Of a DNA stretch of 64,000 nt, positions 10,177 to 25,400 are shown piece after piece (the stretch's first letter is position 1; each line of letters opens with the position of its first letter). The notes beneath the pieces are model-generated. The model did no database searches, was not told where the DNA came from, and worked only from the letters and a program-made list of their open reading frames with translations. This stretch comes from Auanema rhodensis (taxonomy: Eukaryota; Animalia; Nematoda): the NCBI GenBank assembly GCA_964057225.1, contig OZ059895.1:4650001-4714000 (forward strand), read 5' to 3'. A program made the translations under genes and the position numbers.

Positions 10177-12982
10177 AGGCAAAGACGATGGACAATGTTA
10201 TTCAACGAAAAAATTAATTCTTCAGGGTGAAAATCGAGGATATAAGTGTGAACTTATATCAGTTGATATCTCGGTGCATTTTCAAGCTAGCGCAAATCTG
10301 ATAACACAGATCGACGCAGCTTAAAAATCCGCATCGAATGCACTATACTTCATTGAGAAACGCTTAATACAAAAATTAGTTATGATCGTTTGAAAAATGA
10401 TGCATTAGTTTATGTTGAGTTTCCATGTACACTCAACATTGCTTCCAAAAACATTTTGACAAAAATTTTTTCGAAAAATTTCAAAATAATTTAGCGAAAA
10501 GTAGATGTTTTTAGATTCCTTTTTTCAAGGCAAAGACGATGGACAATGTTATTCAACGAAAAAATTAATTCTTCAGGGTGAAAATCGAGGATATAAGTGT
10601 GAACATATATCAGTTGATATCTCGGTGCATTTTCAAGCTAGCGCAAATCTGATAACACAGATCGACGCAGCTTAAAAATCCGCATCGAATGCACTATACT
10701 TCATTGAGAAACGCTTAATACAAAAATTAGTTATGATCGTTTGAAAAATGATTTATTAGTGTATGTTGAGTTTCCATGTACACTCAACATTGCTTCCAAA
10801 AACATTTTGACAAAAATTTTTTCGAAAAATTTCAAAATAATTTAGCAAAAAGTAGATGTTTTTAGATTCCTTTTTTCAAGGCAAAGATGATGGACAATGT
10901 TATTCAACGAAAAAATCAATTCTTCAGGGTGAAAATCGAGGATATAAGTGTGAACTTATATCAGTTGATATCTCGGTGCATTTTTAAGCTAGCGCAAATC
11001 TGATAACACAGATCGACGCAGCTTAAAAATCCGCATCGAATGCACTATACTTCATTGAGAAACGCTTAATACAAAAATAAGTTATGATCGTTTGAAAAAT
11101 GATGCATTAGTGTATGTTGAGTTTCCATGTACACTCAACATTGCTTCCAAAAACATTTTGACAAAAATTTTTTCGAAAAATTTCAAAATAATTTAGCAAA
11201 AAGTAGATGTTTTTAGATTCCTTTTTTCAAGGCAAAGACGATGGACAATGTTATTCAACGAAAAAATTAATTCTTCAGGGTGAAAATCGAGGATATAAGT
11301 GTGAACTTATATCAGTTGATATCTCGGTGCATTTTCAAGCTAGCGAAATCTGATAACACAGATCGACGCAGCTTAAAAATCCGCATCGAATGCACTATAC
11401 TTCATTGAGAAACGCTTAATACAAAAATTAGTTATGATCGTTTGAAAAATGATGCATTAGTGTATGTTGAGTTTCCATGTACACTCAACATTGCTTCCAA
11501 AAACATTTTGACAAAAATTTTTTCGAAAAATTTCAAAATAATTTAGCGAAAAGTAGATGTTTTTAGATTCCTTTTTTCAAGGCAAAGACGATGGACAATG
11601 TTATTCAACGAAAAAATTAATTCTTCAGGGTGAAAATCGAGGATATAAGTGTGAACTTATATCAGTTGATATCTCGGTGCATTTTCAAGCTAGCGCAAAT
11701 CTGATAACACAGATCGACGCAGCTTAAAAATCCGCATCGAATGCACTATACTTCATTGAGAAACGCTTAATACAAAAATTAGTTATGATCGTTTGAAAAA
11801 TGATGCATTAGTTTATGTTGAGTTTCCATGTACACTCAACATTGCTTCCAAAAACATTTTGACAAAAATTTTTTCGAAAAATTTCAAAATAATTTAGCGA
11901 AAAGTAGATGTTTTTAGATTCCTTTTTTCAAGGCAAAGACGATGGACAATGTTATTCAACGAAAAAATTAATTCTTCAGGGTGAAAATCGAGGATATAAG
12001 TGTGAACATATATCAGTTGATATCTCGGTGCATTTTCAAGCTAGCGCAAATCTGATAACACAGATCGACGCAGCTTAAAAATCCGCATCGAATGCACTAT
12101 ACTTCATTGAGAAACGCTTAATACAAAAATTAGTTATGATCGTTTGAAAAATGATTTATTAGTGTATGTTGAGTTTCCATGTACACTCAACATTGCTTCC
12201 AAAAACATTTTGACAAAAATTTTTTCGAAAAATTTCAAAATAATTTAGCAAAAAGTAGATGTTTTTAGATTCCTTTTTTCAAGGCAAAGATGATGGACAA
12301 TGTTATTCAACGAAAAAATCAATTCTTCAGGGTGAAAATCGAGGATATAAGTGTGAACTTATATCAGTTGATATCTCGGTGCATTTTTAAGCTAGCGCAA
12401 ATCTGATAACACAGATCGACGCAGCTTAAAAATCCGCATCGAATGCACTATACTTCATTGAGAAACGCTTAATACAAAAATAAGTTATGATCGTTTGAAA
12501 AATGATGCATTAGTGTATGTTGAGTTTCCATGTACACTCAACATTGCTTCCAAAAACATTTTGACAAAAATTTTTTCGAAAAATTTCAAAATAATTTAGC
12601 AAAAAGTAGATGTTTTTAGATTCCTTTTTTCAAGGCAAAGACGATGGACAATGTTATTCAACGAAAAAATTAATTCTTCAGGGTGAAAATCGAGGATATA
12701 AGTGTGAACTTATATCAGTTGATATCTCGGTGCATTTTCAAGCTAGCGAAATCTGATAACACAGATCGACGCAGCTTAAAAATCCGCATCGAATGCACTA
12801 TACTTCATTGAGAAACGCTTAATACAAAAATTAGTTATGATCGTTTGAAAAATGATGCATTAGTGTATGTTGAGTTTCCATGTACACTCAACATTGCTTC
12901 CAAAAACATTTTGACAAAAATTTTTTCGAAAAATTTCAAAATAATTTAGCGAAAAGTAGATGTTTTTAGATTCCTTTTTTCA
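10177..12982. repeat. Local 4-mer higher-order duplication (2 x 1403 bp); a third, more mutated copy lies at 7014-8422
   Basis: Order T234+G320 / GC>TT 226-227 / C39+T107+A201 / del117+G320 repeats. GC>TT sits at 10753 and 12156 (offset 1403) and at 7596. Confidence 0.9.
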
Positions 12983-15900
12983 AGGCAAAGATGATGGACA
13001 ATGTTATTCAACGAAAAAATTAATTCTTCAGGGTGAAAATCGAGGATATAAGTGTGAACATATATCAGTTGATATCTCGGTGCATTTTCAAGCTAGCGCA
13101 AATCTGATAACACAGATCGACGCAGCTTAAAAATCCGCATCGAATGCACTATACTTCATTGAGAAACGCTTAATACAAAAATTAGTTATGATCGTTTGAA
13201 AAATGATGCATTAGTGTATGTTGAGTTTCCATGTACACTCAACATTGCTTCCAAAAACATTTTGACAAAAATTTTTTCGAAAAATTTCAAAATAATTTAG
13301 CAAAAAGTAGATGTTTTTAGATTCCTTTTTTCAAGGCAAAGACGATGGACAATGTTATTCAACGAAAAAATTAATTCTTCAGGGTGAAAATCGAGGATAT
13401 AAGTGTGAACTTATATCAGTTGATATCTCGGTGCATTTTCAAGCTAGCGCAAATCTGATAACACAGATCGACGCAGCTTAAAAATCCGCATCGAATGCAC
13501 TATACTTCATTGAGAAACGCTTAATACAAAAATTAGTTATGATCGTTTGAAAAATGATGCATTAGTGTATGTTGAGTTTCCATGTACACTCAACATTGCT
13601 TCCAAAAACATTTTGACAAAAATTTTTTCGAAAAATTTCAAAATAATTTAGCAAAGAGTAGATGTTTTTAGATTCCTTTTTTCAAGGCAAAGATGATGGA
13701 CAATGTTATTCAACGAAAAAATTAATTCTTCAGGGTGAAAATCGAGGATATAAGTGTGAACATATATCAGTTGATATCTCGGTGCATTTTCAAGCTAGCG
13801 AAATCTGATAACACAGATCGACGCAGCTTAAAAATCCGCATCGAATGCACTATACTTCATTGAGAAACGCTTAATACAAAAATTAGTTATGATCGTTTGA
13901 AAAATGATGCATTAGTGTATGTTGAGTTTCCATGTACACTCAACATTGCTTCCAAAAACATTTTGACAAAAATTTTTTCGAAAAATTTCAAAATAATTTA
14001 GCAAAAAGTAGATGTTTTTAGATTCCTTTTTTCAAGGCAAAGACGATGGACAATGTTATTCAACGAAAAAATTAATTCTTCAGGGTGAAAATCGAGGATA
14101 TAAGTGTGAACTTATATCAGTTGATATCTCGGTGCATTTTCAAGCTAGCGCAAATCTGATAACACAGATCGACGCAGCTTAAAAATCCGCATCGAATGCA
14201 CTATACTTCATTGAGAAACGCTTAATACAAAAATTAGTTATGATCGTTTGAAAAATGATGCATTAGTTTATGTTGAGTTTCCATGTACACTCAACATTGC
14301 TTCCAAAAACATTTTGACAAAAATTTTTTCGAAAAATTTCAAAATAATTTAGCGAAAAGTAGATGTTTTTAGATTTCTTTTTTCAAGGCAAAGATGATGG
14401 ACAATGTTATTCAACGAAAAAATTAATTCTTCAGGGTGAAAATCGAGGATATAAGTGTGAACATATATCAGTTGATATCTCGGTGCATTTTCAAGCTAGC
14501 GCAAATCTGATAACACAGATCGACGCAGCTTAAAAATCCGCATCGAATGCACTATACTTCATTGAGAAACGCTTAATACAAAAATTAGTTATGATCGTTT
14601 GAAAAATGATGCATTAGTGTATGTTGAGTTTCCATGTACACTCAACATTGCTTCCAAAAACATTTTGACAAAAATTTTTTCGAAAAATTTCAAAATAATT
14701 TAGCGAAAAGTAGATGTTTTTAGATTCCTTTTTTCAAGGCAAAGATGATGGACAATGTTATTCAACGAAAAAATTAATTCTTCAGGGTGAAAATCGAGGA
14801 TATAAGTGTGAACATATATCAGTTGATATCTCGGTGCATTTTCAAGCTAGCGCAAATCTGATAACACAGATCGACGCAGCTTAAAAATCCGCATCGAATG
14901 CACTATACTTCATTGAGAAACGCTTAATACAAAAATTAGTTATGATCGTTTGAAAAATGATGCATTAGTGTATGTTGAGTTTCCATGTACACTCAACATT
15001 GCTTCCAAAAACATTTTGACAAAAATTTTTTCGAAAAATTTCAAAATAATTTAGCAAAGAGTAGATGTTTTTAGATTCCTTTTTTCAAGGCAAAGATGAT
15101 GGACAAAGTTATTCAACGAAAAAATTAATTCTTCAGGGTGAAAATCGAGGATATAAGTGTGAACATATATCAGTTGATATCTCGGTGCATTTTCAAGCTA
15201 GCGCAAATCTGATAACACAGATCGACGCAGCTTAAAAATCCGCATCGAATGCACTATACTTCATTGAGAAACGCTTAATACAAAAATTAGTTATGATTGT
15301 TTGAAAAATGATGCATTAGTGTATGTTGAGTTTCCATGTACACTCAACATTGCTTCCAAAAACATTTTGACAAAAATTTTTTCGAAAAATTTCAAAATAA
15401 TTTAGCAAAGAGTAGATGTTTTTAGATTCCTTTTTTCAAGGCAAAGATGATGGACAAAGTTATTCAACGAAAAAATTAATTCTTCAGGGTGAAAATCGAG
15501 GATATAAGTGTGAACATATATCAGTTGATATCTCGGTGCATTTTCAAGCTAGCGCAAATCTGATAACACAGATCGACGCAGCTTAAAAATCCGCATCGAA
15601 TGCACTATACTTCATTGAGAAACGCTTAATACAAAAATTAGTTATGATTGTTTGAAAAATGATGCATTAGTGTATGTTGAGTTTCCATGTACACTCAACA
15701 TTGCTTCCAAAAACATTTTGACAAAAATTTTTTCGAAAAATTTCAAAATAATTTAGCAAAAAGTAGATGTTTTTAGATTCCTTTTTTCAAGGCAAAGACG
15801 ATGGACAATGTTATTCAACGAAAAAATTAATTCTTCAGGGTGAAAATCGAGGATATAAGTGTGAACATATATCAGTTGATATCTCGGTGCATTTTCAAGC

Positions 15901-18900
15901 TAGCGCAAATCTGATAACACAGATCGACGCAGCTTAAAAATCCGCATCGAATGCACTATACTTCATTGAGAAACGCTTAATACAAAAATTAGTTATGATC
16001 GTTTGAAAAATGATGCATTAGTTTATGTTGAGTTTCCATGTACACTCAACATTGCTTCCAAAAACATTTTGACAAAAATTTTTTCGAAAAATTTCAAAAT
16101 AATTTAGCGAAAAGTAGATGTTTTTAGATTCCTTTTTTCAAGGCAAAGATGATGGACAATGTTATTCAACGAAAAAATTAATTCTTCAGGGTGAAAATCG
16201 AGGATATAAGTGTGAACATATATCAGTTGATATCTCGGTGCATTTTCAAGCTAGCGCAAATCTGATAACACAGATCGACGCAGCTTAAAAATCCGCATCG
16301 AATGCACTATACTTCATTGAGAAACGCTTAATACAAAAATTAGTTATGATCGTTTGAAAAATGATGCATTAGTGTATGTTGAGTTTCCATGTACACTCAA
16401 CATTGCTTCCAAAAACATTTTGACAAAAATTTTTTCGAAAAATTTCAAAATAATTTAGCAAAAAGTAGATGTTTTTAGATTCCTTTTTTCAAGGCAAAGA
16501 TGATGGACAATGTTATTCAACGAAAAAATTAATTCTTCAGGGTGAAAATCGAGGATATAAGTGTGAACATATATCAGTTGATATCTCGGTGCATTTACAA
16601 GCTAGCGCAAATCTGATAACACAGATCGACGCAGCTTAAAAATCCGCATCGAATGCACTATACTTCATTGAGAAACGCTTAATACAAAAATTAGTTATGA
16701 TCGTTTGAAAAATGATGCATTAGTGTATGTTGAGTTTCCATGTACACTCAACATTGCTTCCAAAAACATTTTGACAAAAATTTTTTCGAAAAATTTCAAA
16801 ATAATTTAGCAAAAAGTAGATGTTTTTAGATTCCTTTTTTCAAGGCAAAGACGATGGACAATGTTATTCAACGAAAAAATTAATTCTTCAGGGTGAAAAT
16901 CGAGGATATAAGTGTGAACTTATATCAGTTGATATCTCGGTGCATTTTCAAGCTAGCGCAAATCTGATAACACAGATCGACGCAGCTTAAAAATCCGCAT
17001 CGAATGCACTATACTTCATTGAGAAACGCTTAATACAAAAATTAGTTATGATCGTTTGAAAAATGATGCATTAGTTTATGTTGAGTTTCCATGTACACTC
17101 AACATTGCTTCCAAAAACATTTTGACAAAAATTTTTTCGAAAAATTTCAAAATAATTTAGCGAAAAGTAGATGTTTTTAGATTCCTTTTTTCAAGGCAAA
17201 GATGATGGACAATGTTATTCAACGAAAAAATTAATTCTTCAGGGTGAAAATCGAGGATATAAGTGTGAACATATATCAGTTGATATCTCGGTGCATTTTC
17301 AAGCTAGCGCAAATCTGATAACACAGATCGACGCAGCTTAAAAATCCGCATCGAATGCACTATACTTCATTGAGAAACGCTTAATACAAAAATTAGTTAT
17401 GATCGTTTGAAAAATGATTTATTAGTGTATGTTGAGTTTCCATGTACACTCAACATTGCTTCCAAAAACATTTTGACAAAAATTTTTTCGAAAAATTTCA
17501 AAATAATTTAGCAAAAAGTAGATGTTTTTAGATTCCTTTTTTCAAGGCAAAGATGATGGACAATGTTATTCAACGAAAAAATTAATTCTTCAGGGTGAAA
17601 ATCGAGGATATAAGTGTGAACTTATATCAGTTGATATCTCGGTGCATTTTCAAGCTAGCGAAATCTGATAACACAGATCGACGCAGCTTAAAAATCCGCA
17701 TCGAATGCACTATACTTCATTGAGAAACGCTTAATACAAAAATTAGTTATGATCGTTTGAAAAATGATGCATTAGTGTATGTTGAGTTTCCATGTACACT
17801 CAACATTGCTTCCAAAAACATTTTGACAAAAATTTTTTCGAAAAATTTCAAAATAATTTAGCGAAAAGTAGATGTTTTTAGATTCCTTTTTTCAAGGCAA
17901 AGATGATGGACAATGTTATTCAACGAAAAAATTAATTCTTCAGGGTGAAAATCGAGGATATAAGTGTGAACATATATCAGTTGATATCTCGGTGCATTTA
18001 CAAGCTAGCGCAAATCTGATAACACAGATGGACGCAGCTTAAAAATCCGCATCGAATGCACTATACTTCATTGAGAAACGCTTAATACAAAAATTAGTTA
18101 TGATCGTTTGAAAAATGATGCATTAGTGTATGTTGAGTTTCCATGCACACTCAACATTGCTTCCAAAAACATTTTGACAAAAATTTTTTCGAAAAATTTC
18201 AAAATAATTTAGCAAAAAGTAGATGTTTTTAGATTCCTTTTTTTAAGGCAAAAATGATGGACAATGTTATTAAACGAAAAAATTAATTCTTCAGGGTGAA
18301 AATCGAGGATATAAGTGTGAACTTATATCAGTTGATATCTCGGTGCATTTTTAAGCTAGCGCAAATCTGATAACACAGATCGACGCAGCTTAAAAATCCG
18401 CATCGAATGCACTATACTTCATTGAGAAACGCTTAATACAAAAATTAGTTATGATCGTTTGAAAAATGATGCATTAGTGTATGTTGAGTTTCCATGTACA
18501 CTCAACATTGCTTCCAAAAACATTTTGACAAAAATTTTTTCGAAAAATTTCAAAATAATTTAGCAAAAAGTAGATGTTTTTAGATTCCTTTTTTTAAGGC
18601 AAAAATGATGGACAATGTTATTAAACGAAAAAACTAATTCTTCAGGGTGAAAATCGAGGATATAAGTGTGAACTTATATCAGTTGATATCTCGGTGCATT
18701 TTCAAGCTAGCGCAAATCTGATAACACAGATCGACGCAGCTTAAAAATCCGCATCGAATGCACTATACTACATTGAGAAACGCTTAATACAAAAATTAGT
18801 TATGATCGTTTGAAAAATGATGCATTAGTGTATGTTGAGTTTCCATGTACACTCAACATTGCTTCCAAAAACATTTTGACAAAAATTTTTTCGAAAAATT

Positions 18901-21900
18901 TCAAAATAATTTAGCGAAAAGTAGATGTTTTTAGATTCCTTTTTTCAAGGCAAAGATGATGGACAATGTTATTCAACGAAAAAATTAATTCTTCAGGGTG
19001 AAAATCGAGGATATAAGTGTGAACATATATCAGTTGATATCTCGGTGCATTTACAAGCTAGCGCAAATCTGATAACACAGATCGACGCAGCTTAAAAATC
19101 CGCATCGAATGCACTACACTTCATTGAGAAACGCTTAATACAAAAATTAGTTATGATCGTTTGAAAAATGATGCATTAGTGTATGTTGAGTTTCCATGCA
19201 CACTCAACATTGCTTCCAAAAACATTTTGACAAAAATTTTTTCGAAAAATTTCAAAATAATTTAGCAAAAAGTAGATGTTTTTAGATTCCTTTTTTTAAG
19301 GCAAAAATGATGGACAATGTTATTAAACGAAAAAATTAATTCTTCAGGGTGAAAATCGAGGATATAAGTGTGAACTTATATCAGTTGATATCTCGGTGCA
19401 TTTTTAAGCTAGCGCAAATCTGATAACACAGATCGACGCAGCTTAAAAATCCGCATCGAATGCACTATACTTCATTGAGAAACGCTTAATACAAAAATTA
19501 GTTATGATCGTTTGAAAAATGATGCATTAGTGTATGTTGAGTTTCCATGTACACTCAACATTGCTTCCAAAAACATTTTGACAAAAATTTTTTCGAAAAA
19601 TTTCAAAATAATTTAGCAAAAAGTGGATGTTTTTAGATTCCTTTTTTCAAGGCAAAGACGATGGACAATGTTATTCAACGAAAAAATTAATTCTTCAGGG
19701 TGAAAATCGAGGATATAAGTGTGAACTTATATCAGTTGATATCTCGGTGCATTTTCAAGCTAGCGCAAATCTGATAACAAAGATCGACGCAGCTTAAAAA
19801 TCCGCATCGAATGCACTATACTTCATTGAGAAACGCTTAATACAAAAATTAGTTATGATCGTTTGAAAAATGATGCATTAGTGTATGTTGAGTTTCCATG
19901 TACACTCAACATTGCTTCCAAAAACATTTTGACAAAAATTTTTTCGAAAAATTTCAAAATAATTTAGCAAAAAGTAGATGTTTTTAGATTCCTTTTTTTA
20001 AGGCAAAAATGATGGACAATGTTATTAAACGAAAAAATTAATTCTTCAGGGTGAAAATCGAGGATATAAGTGTGAACTTATATCAGTTGATATCTCGGTG
20101 CATTTTCAAGCTAGCGCAAATCTGATAACACAGATCGACGCAGCTTAAAAATCCGCATCGAATGCACTATACTACATTGAGAAACGCTTAATACAAAAAT
20201 TAGTTATGATCGTTTGAAAAATGATGCATTAGTGTATGTTGAGTTTCCATGTACACTCAACATTGCTTCCAAAAACATTTTGACAAAAATTTTTTCGAAA
20301 AATTTCAAAATAATTTAGCAAAAAGTAGATGTTTTTAGATTCCTTTTTTGAAGGCAAAGATGATGGACAATGTTATTCAACGAAAAAATCAATTCTTCAG
20401 GGTGAAAATCGAGGATATAAGTGTGAACTTATATCAGTTGATATCTCGGTGCATTTTTAAGCTAGCGCAAATCTGATAACACAGATCGACGCAGCTTAAA
20501 AATCCGCATCGAATGCACTATACTTCATTGAGAAACGCTTAATACAAAAATTAGTTATGATCGTTTGAAAAATGATGCATTAGTGTATGTTGAGTTTCCA
20601 TGTACACTCAACATTGCTTCCAAAAACATTTTGACAAAAATTTTTTCGAAAAATTTCAAAATAATTTAGCAAAAAGTAGATGTTTTTAGATTCCTTTTTT
20701 CAAGGCAAAGACGATGGACAATGTTATTCAACGAAAAAATTAATTCTTCAGGGTGAAAATCGAGGATATAAGTGTGAACTTATATCAGTTGATATCTCGG
20801 TGCATTTTCAAGCTAGCGCAAATCTGATAACACAGATCGACGCAGCTTAAAAATCCGCAACGAATGCACTATACTACATTGAAAAACGCTTAATACAAAA
20901 ATTAGTTATGATCGTTTGAAAAATGATGCATTAGTGTATGTTGAGTTTCCATGTACACTCAACATTGCTTCCAAAAACATTTTGACAAAAATTTTTTCGA
21001 AAAATTTCAAAATAATTTAGCAAAAAGTAGATGTTTTTAGATTCCTTTTTTCAAGGCAAAGACGATGGACAATGTTATTCAACGAAAAAATTAATTCTTC
21101 AGGGTGAAAATCGAGGATATAAGTGTGAACTTATATCAGTTGATATCTCGGTGCATTTTCAAGCTAGCGAAATCTGATAACACAGATCGACGCAGCTTAA
21201 AAATCCGCATCGAATGCACTATACTTCATTGAGAAACGCTTAATACAAAAATTAGTTATGATCGTTTGAAAAATGATGCATTAGTGTATGTTGAGTTTCC
21301 ATGTACACTCAACATTGCTTCCAAAAACATTTTGACAAAAATTTTTTCGAAAAATTTCAAAATAATTTAGCAAAAAGTAGATGTTTTTAGATTTCTTTTT
21401 TCAAGGCAAAGATGATGGACAATGTTATTCAACGAAAAAATTAATTCTTCAGGGTGAAAATCGAGGATATAAGTGTGAACATATATCAGTTGATATCTCG
21501 GTGCATTTACAAGCTAGCGCAAATCTGATAACACAGATCGACGCAGCTTAAAAATCCGCATCGAATGCACTATACTTCATTGAGAAACGCTTTATACAAA
21601 AATTAGTTATGATCGTTTGAAAAATGATGCATTAGTGTATGTTGAGTTTCCATGCACACTCAACATTGCTTCCAAAAACATTTTGACAAAAATTTTTTCG
21701 AAAAATTTCAAAATAATTTAGCAAAAAGTAGATGTTTTTAGATTCCTTTTTTCAAGGCAAAGATGATGGACAATGTTATTCAACGAAAAAATCAATTCTT
21801 CAGGGTGAAAATCGAGGATATAAGTGTGAACATATATCAGTTGATATCTCGGTGCATTTACAAGCTAGCGCAAATCTGATAACACAGATCGACGCAGCTT

Positions 21901-22489
21901 AAAAATCCGCATCGAATGCACTATACTTCATTGAGAAACGCTTAATACAAAAATTAGTTATGATCGTTTGAAAAATGATGCATTAGTGTATGTTGAGTTT
22001 CCATGCACACTCAACATTGCTTCCAAAAACATTTTGACAAAAATTTTTTCGAAAAATTTCAAAATAATTTAGCAAAAAGTAGATGTTTTTAGATTCCTTT
22101 TTTCAAGGCAAAGACGATGGACAATGTTATTCAACGAAAAAATTAATTCTTCAGGGTGAAAATCGAGGATATAAGTGTGAACTTATATCAGTTGATATCT
22201 CGGTGCATTTTCAAGCTAGCGCAAATCTGATAACAAAGATCGACGCAGCTTAAAAATCCGCATCGAATGCACTATACTTCATTGAGAAACGCTTAATAAA
22301 AAATTAGTTATGATCGTTTGAAAAATGATGCATTAGTGTATGTTGAGTTTCCATGTACACTCAACATTGCTTCCAAAAACATTTTGACAAAAATTTTTTC
22401 GAAAAATTTCAAAATAATTTAGCAAAAAGTAGATGTTTTTAGATTCCTTTTTTTAAGGCAAAAATGATGGACAATGTTATTAAACGAAA

Positions 22490-25400
22490 AAATTAATTCT
22501 TCAGGGTGAAAATCGAGGATATAAGTGTGAACTTATATCAGTTGATATCTCGGTGCATTTTCAAGCTAGCGCAAATCTGATAACACAGATCGACGCAGCT
22601 TAAAAATCCGCATCGAATGCACTATACTACATTGAGAAACGCTTAATACAAAAATTAGTTATGATCGTTTGAAAAATGATGCATTAGTGTATGTTGAGTT
22701 TCCATGTACACTCAACATTGCTTCCAAAAACATTTTGACAAAAATTTTTTCGAAAAATTTCAAAATAATTTAGCAAAAAGTAGATGTTTTTGGATTCTTT
22801 TTTTCAAGGCAAAGACGATGGACAATGTTATTCAACGAAAAAATTAATTCTTCGGGGTGAAAATCGAGGATATAAGTGTGAACTTATATCAGTTGATATC
22901 TCGGTGCATTTTCAAGCTAGCGCAAATCTGATAACACAGATCGACGCAGCTTAAAAATCCGCATCGAATGCACTATACTACATTGAGAAACGCTTAATAC
23001 AAAATTTAGTTATGATCGTTTGAAAAATGATGCATTAGTGTATGTTGAGTTTCCATGTACACTCAACATTGCTTCCAAAAACATTTTGACAAAAATTTTT
23101 TCGAAAAATTTCAAAATAATTTAGCAAAAAGTAGATGTTTTTAGATTCCTTTTTTTAAGGCAAAAATGATGGACAATGTTATTAAACGAAAAAATTAATT
23201 CTTCAGGGTGAAAATCGAGGATATAAGTGTGAACTTATATCAGTTGATATCTCGGTGCATTTTCAAGCTAGCGCAAATCTGATAACACAGATCGACGCAG
23301 CTTAAAAATCCGCATCGAATGCACTATACTACATTGAGAAACGCTTAATACAAAAATTAGTTATGATCGTTTGAAAAATGATGCATTAGTGTATGTTGAG
23401 TTTCCATGTACACTCAACATTGCTTCCAAAAACATTTTGACAAAAATTTTTTCGAAAAATTTCAAAATAATTTAGCAAAAAGTAGATGTTTTTGGATTCT
23501 TTTTTTCAAGGCAAAGACGATGGACAATGTTATTCAACGAAAAAATTAATTCTTCGGGGTGAAAATCGAGGATATAAGTGTGAACTTATATCAGTTGATA
23601 TCTCGGTGCATTTTTAAGCTAGCGCAAATCTGATAACACAGATCGACGCAGCTTAAAAATCCGCATCGAATGCACTATACTTCATTGAGAAACGCTTAAT
23701 ACAAAAATTAGTTATGATCGTTTGAAAAATGATGCATTAGTGTATGTTGAGTTTCCATGTACACTCAACATTGCTTCCAAAAACATTTTGACAAAAATTT
23801 TTTCGAAAAATTTCAAAATAATTTAGCAAAAAGTAGATGTTTTTAGATTCCTTTTTTCAAGGCAAAGATGATGGACAATGTTATTCAACGAAAAAATTAA
23901 TTCTTCAGGGTGAAAATCGAGGATATAAGTGTGAACATATATCAGTTGATATCTCGGTGCATTTACAAGCTAGCGCAAATCTGATAACACAGATCGACGC
24001 AGCTTAAAAATCCGCATCGAATGCACTATACTTCATTGAGAAACGCTTAATACAAAAATTAGTTATGATCGTTTGAAAAATGATGCATTAGTGTATGTTG
24101 AGTTTCCATGTACACTCAACATTGCTTCCAAAAACATTTTGACAAAAATTTTTTCGAAAAATTTCAAAATAATTTAGCAAAAAGTGGATGTTTTTAGATT
24201 CCTTTTTTCAAGGCAAAGACGATGGACAATGTTATTCAACGAAAAAATTAATTCTTCAGGGTGAAAATCGAGGATATAAGTGTGAACTTATATCAGTTGA
24301 TATCTCGGTGCATTTTCAAGCTAGCGCAAATCTGATAACACAGATCGACGCAGCTTAAAAATCCGCATCGAATGCACTATACTACATTGAGAAACGCTTA
24401 ATACAAAAATTAGTTATGATCGTTTGAAAAATGATGCATTAGTGTATGTTGAGTTTCCATGTACACTCAACATTGCTTCCAAAAACATTTTGACAAAAAT
24501 TTTTTCGAAAAATTTCAAAATAATTTAGCAAAAAGTAGATGTTTTTGGATTCTTTTTTTCAAGGCAAAGACGATGGACAATGTTATTCAACGAAAAAATT
24601 AATTCTTCGGGGTGAAAATCGAGGATATAAGTGTGAACTTATATCAGTTGATATCTCGGTGCATTTTCAAGCTAGCGCAAATCTGATAACACAGATCGAC
24701 GCAGCTTAAAAATCCGCATCGAATGCACTATACTACATTGAGAAACGCTTAATACAAAATTTAGTTATGATCGTTTGAAAAATGATGCATTAGTGTATGT
24801 TGAGTTTCCATGTACACTCAACATTGCTTCCAAAAACATTTTGACAAAAATTTTTTCGAAAAATTTCAAAATAATTTAGCAAAAAGTAGATGTTTTTAGA
24901 TTCCTTTTTTTAAGGCAAAAATGATGGACAATGTTATTAAACGAAAAAATTAATTCTTCAGGGTGAAAATCGAGGATATAAGTGTGAACTTATATCAGTT
25001 GATATCTCGGTGCATTTTCAAGCTAGCGCAAATCTGATAACACAGATCGACGCAGCTTAAAAATCCGCATCGAATGCACTATACTACATTGAGAAACGCT
25101 TAATACAAAAATTAGTTATGATCGTTTGAAAAATGATGCATTAGTGTATGTTGAGTTTCCATGTACACTCAACATTGCTTCCAAAAACATTTTGACAAAA
25201 ATTTTTTCGAAAAATTTCAAAATAATTTAGCAAAAAGTAGATGTTTTTGGATTCTTTTTTTCAAGGCAAAGACGATGGACAATGTTATTCAACGAAAAAA
25301 TTAATTCTTCGGGGTGAAAATCGAGGATATAAGTGTGAACTTATATCAGTTGATATCTCGGTGCATTTTTAAGCTAGCGCAAATCTGATAACACAGATCG

